Source: Candidatus Moraniibacteriota bacterium
GTDB taxonomy: Bacteria > Patescibacteriota > Minisyncoccia > Moranbacterales > UBA1568
Assembly: GCA_963778555.1 (NCBI GenBank)
Contig: CAVZUR010000004.1
Location: forward strand, 308,151-372,150
Direction: 5' to 3'
DNA length: 64,000 bases
The position numbers and the translations under genes were made by a program. The notes beneath the pieces were generated by a model that saw only the letters and a list, made by a program, of their open reading frames with translations, was not told the DNA's origin and did no database searches. Below, one piece after another: positions 60,501-64,000 of the stretch (within the stretch, counting starts at the first letter, position 1; each line of letters opens with the position of its first letter).

Positions 60501-61019
60501 ATGGCCACGGATGAAAACGTTTCTCACTCCCCGCAACCGCGGCGCATCCAGCATATCACCGCCGGGATCATCCTCGTCTGTCTGGTGCCACTCATCGGAA
60601 GTTTCGCCCGAGACCACTGCGTCAGCGGAATACTCTCATTCGGCTGCCTCGTCTGGAGCGCGGGCGTCATGCTCAGCCTCAGCTTCGGCCTCGGACTGAT
60701 CTTCGTCCGCAACACTTTCCGCGCGCTATGGCGACGCATCCGGCGTTCACTCCTCAAAGATTCCTCTGTCATCGGTGGCATCGCAATCCTCATGGTCGGC
60801 TCCGGAGCTGCTGGATACGCCCTGAATAGTTCAGCTCTCGAGCATTGCTGGCAAAGTATTTTCGCTTGCCTGTTCTACAGCCTCCTTTCTATCGTTTGCT
60901 GGGTTGGTGTCGCGGCCTGCATCGCCATCTTGTATTTCGGACTTCTCCATCATCCGATCCTGCAAACACTCGCCGAGTCCCAGCGTCATCCACGCTTGAG
61001 ACACCATGAAGACGAGTAG
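60501..61019 (+). CDS. hypothetical integral membrane protein
   Basis: A 172-aa ORF with four to five TM helices. Confidence 0.5.
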   Translation: MATDENVSHSPQPRRIQHITAGIILVCLVPLIGSFARDHCVSGILSFGCLVWSAGVMLSLSFGLGLIFVRNTFRALWRRIRRSLLKDSSVIGGIAILMVGSGAAGYALNSSALEHCWQSIFACLFYSLLSIVCWVGVAACIAILYFGLLHHPILQTLAESQRHPRLRHHEDE

Positions 61020-61107
61020 TCGGCTCCCCGATCTTCACGCGCATCGCTCCCACGGACTGATGCGCGTTTTCATTTTACCGAGACTGGTTCTGCGGCTAAC
61101 GAGAGAT

Positions 61108-62106
61108 TTATGCTTGCTTTCGACGCAGCCAGACTTTCTGAAGCAGGACGGCCAAGATGAAGCCGACAAGAAGACCAGCAGCTACCCCCGCCCAAGAATC
61201 CCTATCTTCTCTGTCCTCCGTTTCTTCCGATTCTTTACCATCAAACCATGATTCAACGGCCCCATCTTTTTTCGCTGACTGAGCCTGACTGCCGCCTTCA
61301 GACTTCATTTCGTTCTTACCAGCAGTAACCGTCGCCACTTTCACACCCTCCTTGGCATAGGCGATCGGCACGGCCGGACTGTCGCCCGGAACGGTTTCAA
61401 GCGCAACCAATTCCGCCGTTTCACCTTTGACCAGGTGCTTTTCCAAGACCAGAGCACCCGCTTCCGGACAATAGTACTTATGTTCTTTGGATTCGGCGTC
61501 GAGCGGCGTCCAATCATACATTTGGACGCAATTGGTATACGTCTTTTTTTTCGTCTTCACGGTCTGACCGACCGCAACCACATCGCGCATATCTTCGGCC
61601 TTGCCTGGGTACAGTTCCTGGCGATATGAATCCCCAGCGGTATGCGTCCCCTTGATCCAGATTCCCGGCTTCGCCCCATCGACACCAGCGACCCATGAAC
61701 CGTCGTGGTCGACGAGTTTCCCTTCTTCATAATTGTCGACATTCTCTCCGAAATACCAGACATCTCCGTTCTTGTGCTGAGCCAGATAGTCGCGGGTATC
61801 CTCAACCAGTTCGCCATCGACATAGACTCGGTCCCAGTAGACAAGCGTCTGCACACCCAACACTTCCTTCGTCCAGCCCGGAATGAAAATTTCAATCCGC
61901 TCTAAACCTTCTTTCGTAGCAGCCTCAACGACAAATTTTTTTCCTACGGAGAGTGCGAAGTTCGAATTGGTGATTACGTCACTGAAGTCCGACGGATTAA
62001 TCACCGGGTTATACGCTCCGGCTGATTCGACAGCGGCCTGCGCCCCGCTCGCCACAAACAACCCACCTATGACGGCTATCACCCCGAGCAGTCTCTGGAT
62101 GTTCAT
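61108..62106 (-). CDS. secreted surface protein with a signal peptide and a C-terminal hydrophobic anchor plus a basic tail (sorting-signal-like)
   Basis: The signal peptide is MNIQRLLGVIAVIGGLFVASGAQA. There is an acidic region. The C-terminus is ...DREDRDSWAGVAAGLLVGFILAVLLQKVWLRRKQA. Confidence 0.55.
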   Translation of the reverse strand: MNIQRLLGVIAVIGGLFVASGAQAAVESAGAYNPVINPSDFSDVITNSNFALSVGKKFVVEAATKEGLERIEIFIPGWTKEVLGVQTLVYWDRVYVDGELVEDTRDYLAQHKNGDVWYFGENVDNYEEGKLVDHDGSWVAGVDGAKPGIWIKGTHTAGDSYRQELYPGKAEDMRDVVAVGQTVKTKKKTYTNCVQMYDWTPLDAESKEHKYYCPEAGALVLEKHLVKGETAELVALETVPGDSPAVPIAYAKEGVKVATVTAGKNEMKSEGGSQAQSAKKDGAVESWFDGKESEETEDREDRDSWAGVAAGLLVGFILAVLLQKVWLRRKQA

Positions 62107-62174
62107 AGAACTCCTAATGAATATTAATTACGCCTATACCGACAGTATCATGCTACATACCAAAGATGAATATT

Positions 62175-63209
62175 CTATGAAGCGCGAGGAAAGACGACTG
62201 TGACTGTCGTCCCCGTGTCTGGAACACTACGGAGATCAACCGTCGCACCGTGGAACTCCGCGATTTCCCGTACGATGGAGAGTCCGAGGCCCGCGCCCAT
62301 CTTCTCCGCGGCCAGCCGAGTACGCGCCGGATCGGCTTTATAGAAACGGTCGAAAATATGAGGGAGATGCTCAGCAGCAATACCGATACCAGTATCGCTG
62401 ACTTCGAACTCAACGCGTCCGTCATTTTCTCGAAGACTGACCGAGACCGTGCCACCAGGCCGATTATGTTCGATCGCGTTCTGTATCAGATTCACCACCA
62501 AGCGCCTCAGGCTTGTCATGTCCCCAAGGAGACGATGCGCACCCTGAATAGAATGTTTGAGGAGAATTTCTCTTTTCTCGGCATAGGGCCGCATGAATTC
62601 CAATCGTGACAGAACCACCACGGAGAGATCCAGCGGTACGAGCAGTTTCGGGCGTTCGCTATCGTGGCGTGCCAGAAAAAGGAGATCGTTTACCATAGTC
62701 GACATCTGCTCGATCTCCTCGAGTGATTCACGAAGTAGTTTTTCATACTCCGCTCCCGTCCCTGGCCCAGTGAGCACCGCTTCGGCACCTGTCTTCATCA
62801 CCGCCAAAGGCGTACGGAGCTCATGGGCCGCGTCCGCTAGGAATTTCTTTTGCTGCTGGTGTATTTTCTCGATTGGCTGAAGCGTTTTCCCGGCCAGCGC
62901 ATAGCTGAGAAACGGCACCAGGATGAGGATCAGGACATCCACCAGATAGAGGATACTCTCCAGACGGTCTTCCGCCTGCTCAATGATCGCTACTTCCCGC
63001 GCCTCGTTTTGGACCGTATCGGGTGAGCCATATTTGATCGTATCGAATGCATTGCTGACAAAGATCTCGTAGACGGCCACATTGAACACGATGAGAACAC
63101 CGACTATCCCCAGAAAATAATACACCGTGAGTTTCCAGCGGGCTTGACGGAACGGGTCACGCCTGAAACTGGTAGCCCACGCCGCGAATGGTTTTGATAT
63201 AGCGCTCAT
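62175..63209 (-). CDS. two-component sensor histidine kinase
   Basis: Two TM helices, a HisKA domain (AAHELRTPLAVMK) and an HATPase_c domain (N box NLIQNAIEH, G boxes DTGIGI / GAGLGLSIV). The ORF extends to 63323, overlapping the RR gene. Confidence 0.8.
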   Translation of the reverse strand: MSAISKPFAAWATSFRRDPFRQARWKLTVYYFLGIVGVLIVFNVAVYEIFVSNAFDTIKYGSPDTVQNEAREVAIIEQAEDRLESILYLVDVLILILVPFLSYALAGKTLQPIEKIHQQQKKFLADAAHELRTPLAVMKTGAEAVLTGPGTGAEYEKLLRESLEEIEQMSTMVNDLLFLARHDSERPKLLVPLDLSVVVLSRLEFMRPYAEKREILLKHSIQGAHRLLGDMTSLRRLVVNLIQNAIEHNRPGGTVSVSLRENDGRVEFEVSDTGIGIAAEHLPHIFDRFYKADPARTRLAAEKMGAGLGLSIVREIAEFHGATVDLRSVPDTGTTVTVVFPRAS

Positions 63210-63822
63210 CGTGGTCGTGTAATTTGTGACGAAGTTGTTTGATATAGACATCCACGATATTGGAAAATGAGTCAAACGAGAAATCCCAGCAGTGCTCCAG
63301 GATCTGCTCGCGCGTGACTGCACGGCCGATGTTGCGCATCAGGTACTCGAGAACCGCGTATTCCTTTACAGTAAGCGGAAGCTCTGTTTTCCCGTGTCTG
63401 ACTCGATACTGACCGCAATCAATAACGACGTCTTGACCAGTAATGATGCCACCGAGCGTAGCGGGAGGCCGCCGAAGGAGTGCTCGGATACGTGCCAGCA
63501 ATTCTTCGAGCCCGAACGGTTTGACCAGATAATCATCCGCACCACTATCGAGACCCCGTACAATATCATCGGCTTCGCCGCGGGCGGTCAGCATGATGAC
63601 TGGCAGGTTCACGTTCGTCCTTCGTAAGTCCCGACACACAGCAATACCATCTTTCTTGGGAAGCATGATGTCCAAGACTACCAAATCATAGTCGCCATGC
63701 TTCGCTCGTTTTTCTCCACCCTCGCCATCATAAACGCAGTCCACACTGTAGCTCTTCTGCTCGAGCGCTTTTTGGATATAACTGGCCAACTTCTGATTGT
63801 CCTCAACCACGAGTATCCGCAT
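63157..63822 (-). CDS. OmpR-family response regulator
   Basis: A receiver domain (MRILVVEDN...DLVVLDIMLP...K) plus a winged-helix trans_reg_C domain (VKEYAVLEYLMRNIGRAVTREQIL...RGVGYQF). Confidence 0.85.
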   Translation of the reverse strand: MRILVVEDNQKLASYIQKALEQKSYSVDCVYDGEGGEKRAKHGDYDLVVLDIMLPKKDGIAVCRDLRRTNVNLPVIMLTARGEADDIVRGLDSGADDYLVKPFGLEELLARIRALLRRPPATLGGIITGQDVVIDCGQYRVRHGKTELPLTVKEYAVLEYLMRNIGRAVTREQILEHCWDFSFDSFSNIVDVYIKQLRHKLHDHDERYIKTIRGVGYQFQA

Positions 63823-63897
63823 ACAGCGAGCATAGACTATTCCGACAAGATGAGGAACGGATGAGGATCCGCCGCATACGTATCGTACGGGTGTTTA

Positions 63898-64000
63898 TTT
63901 CAGCCGATTATTGATGACGAAGAGCGCGAAGATCGGCACCACCAGCCAAAAGAGGAGTGCCCAGGGGCTTGCGATATAGAAATAGAGATCCGGCGTCACG
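63898..64000 (-). CDS. C-terminal fragment of a membrane protein (truncated by the window edge)
   Basis: Minus-strand translation is ...VTPDLYFYIASPWALLFWLVVPIFALFVINNRLK*. Confidence 0.3.

Overview
This window is a high-GC (~58%) genome segment that I read as CPR/Patescibacteria-like. My reasons: small proteins, sortase-anchored surface proteins, a 16S rRNA gene with an internal insertion that is not linked to a 23S gene, and no L30 gene.

Gene content by region:
- 1-20 kb: mostly intact housekeeping and envelope genes. These include a SurA-like protein, acyl-CoA desaturase, Tag glycosylase, pirin, an RRM protein, a GDSL esterase, MsrB, an ABC-2 exporter, a MacAB-type efflux operon, and a sortase next to its substrate under a perfect consensus promoter.
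- ~18.9-37 kb: a large minus-strand ribosomal cluster. Reading the minus strand from high to low coordinates, the order is rpsL-rpsG-fusA-tuf-rpsJ-rplCDWB-rpsS-rplV-rpsC-rplP-rpmC-rpsQ-rplNXE-rpsZ-rpsH-rplFR-rpsE-rplO-secY-adk-map-ruvX.
- Frameshifts: many essential genes in that cluster are broken into several reading frames. This affects secY, rplO, rplR, rplF, rpsH, rplE, rplX, rplN, rpsQ, rpmC, rplP and fusA. Two secreted proteins and an M23 peptidase further along are also broken. I interpret this as indel sequencing or assembly error, often at homopolymer runs, rather than real gene decay.
- 37-52 kb: an S2P protease, L28, DsbB, canonical LexA with a candidate operator, ApbE, a GH130 gene convergent with a GT4-glycoside-hydrolase fusion, an M48 peptidase, and a second LexA-like gene fused into an operon with a Y-family polymerase behind a textbook GAACA-N2-TGTTC SOS box.
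- 52.6-56.4 kb: a gene-poor, repeat-rich stretch with a dispersed repeat/terminator family and a ~215-nt highly structured RNA closed by a 15-bp helix.
- 56.9-58.4 kb: a minus-strand 16S rRNA gene carrying a ~95-nt AT-rich insertion.
- 3' end: small proteins, a surface protein, and a two-component system.

The candidates I would look at first are:
- a two-ORF plus-strand cassette, with its own promoter and terminator, sitting between fusA and tuf;
- the sortase/substrate module, together with a shared W-A/G-hydrophobic-basic C-terminal tail on two surface proteins;
- the two LexA paralogues with their different operators;
- the repeat family and the structured RNA downstream of 16S.
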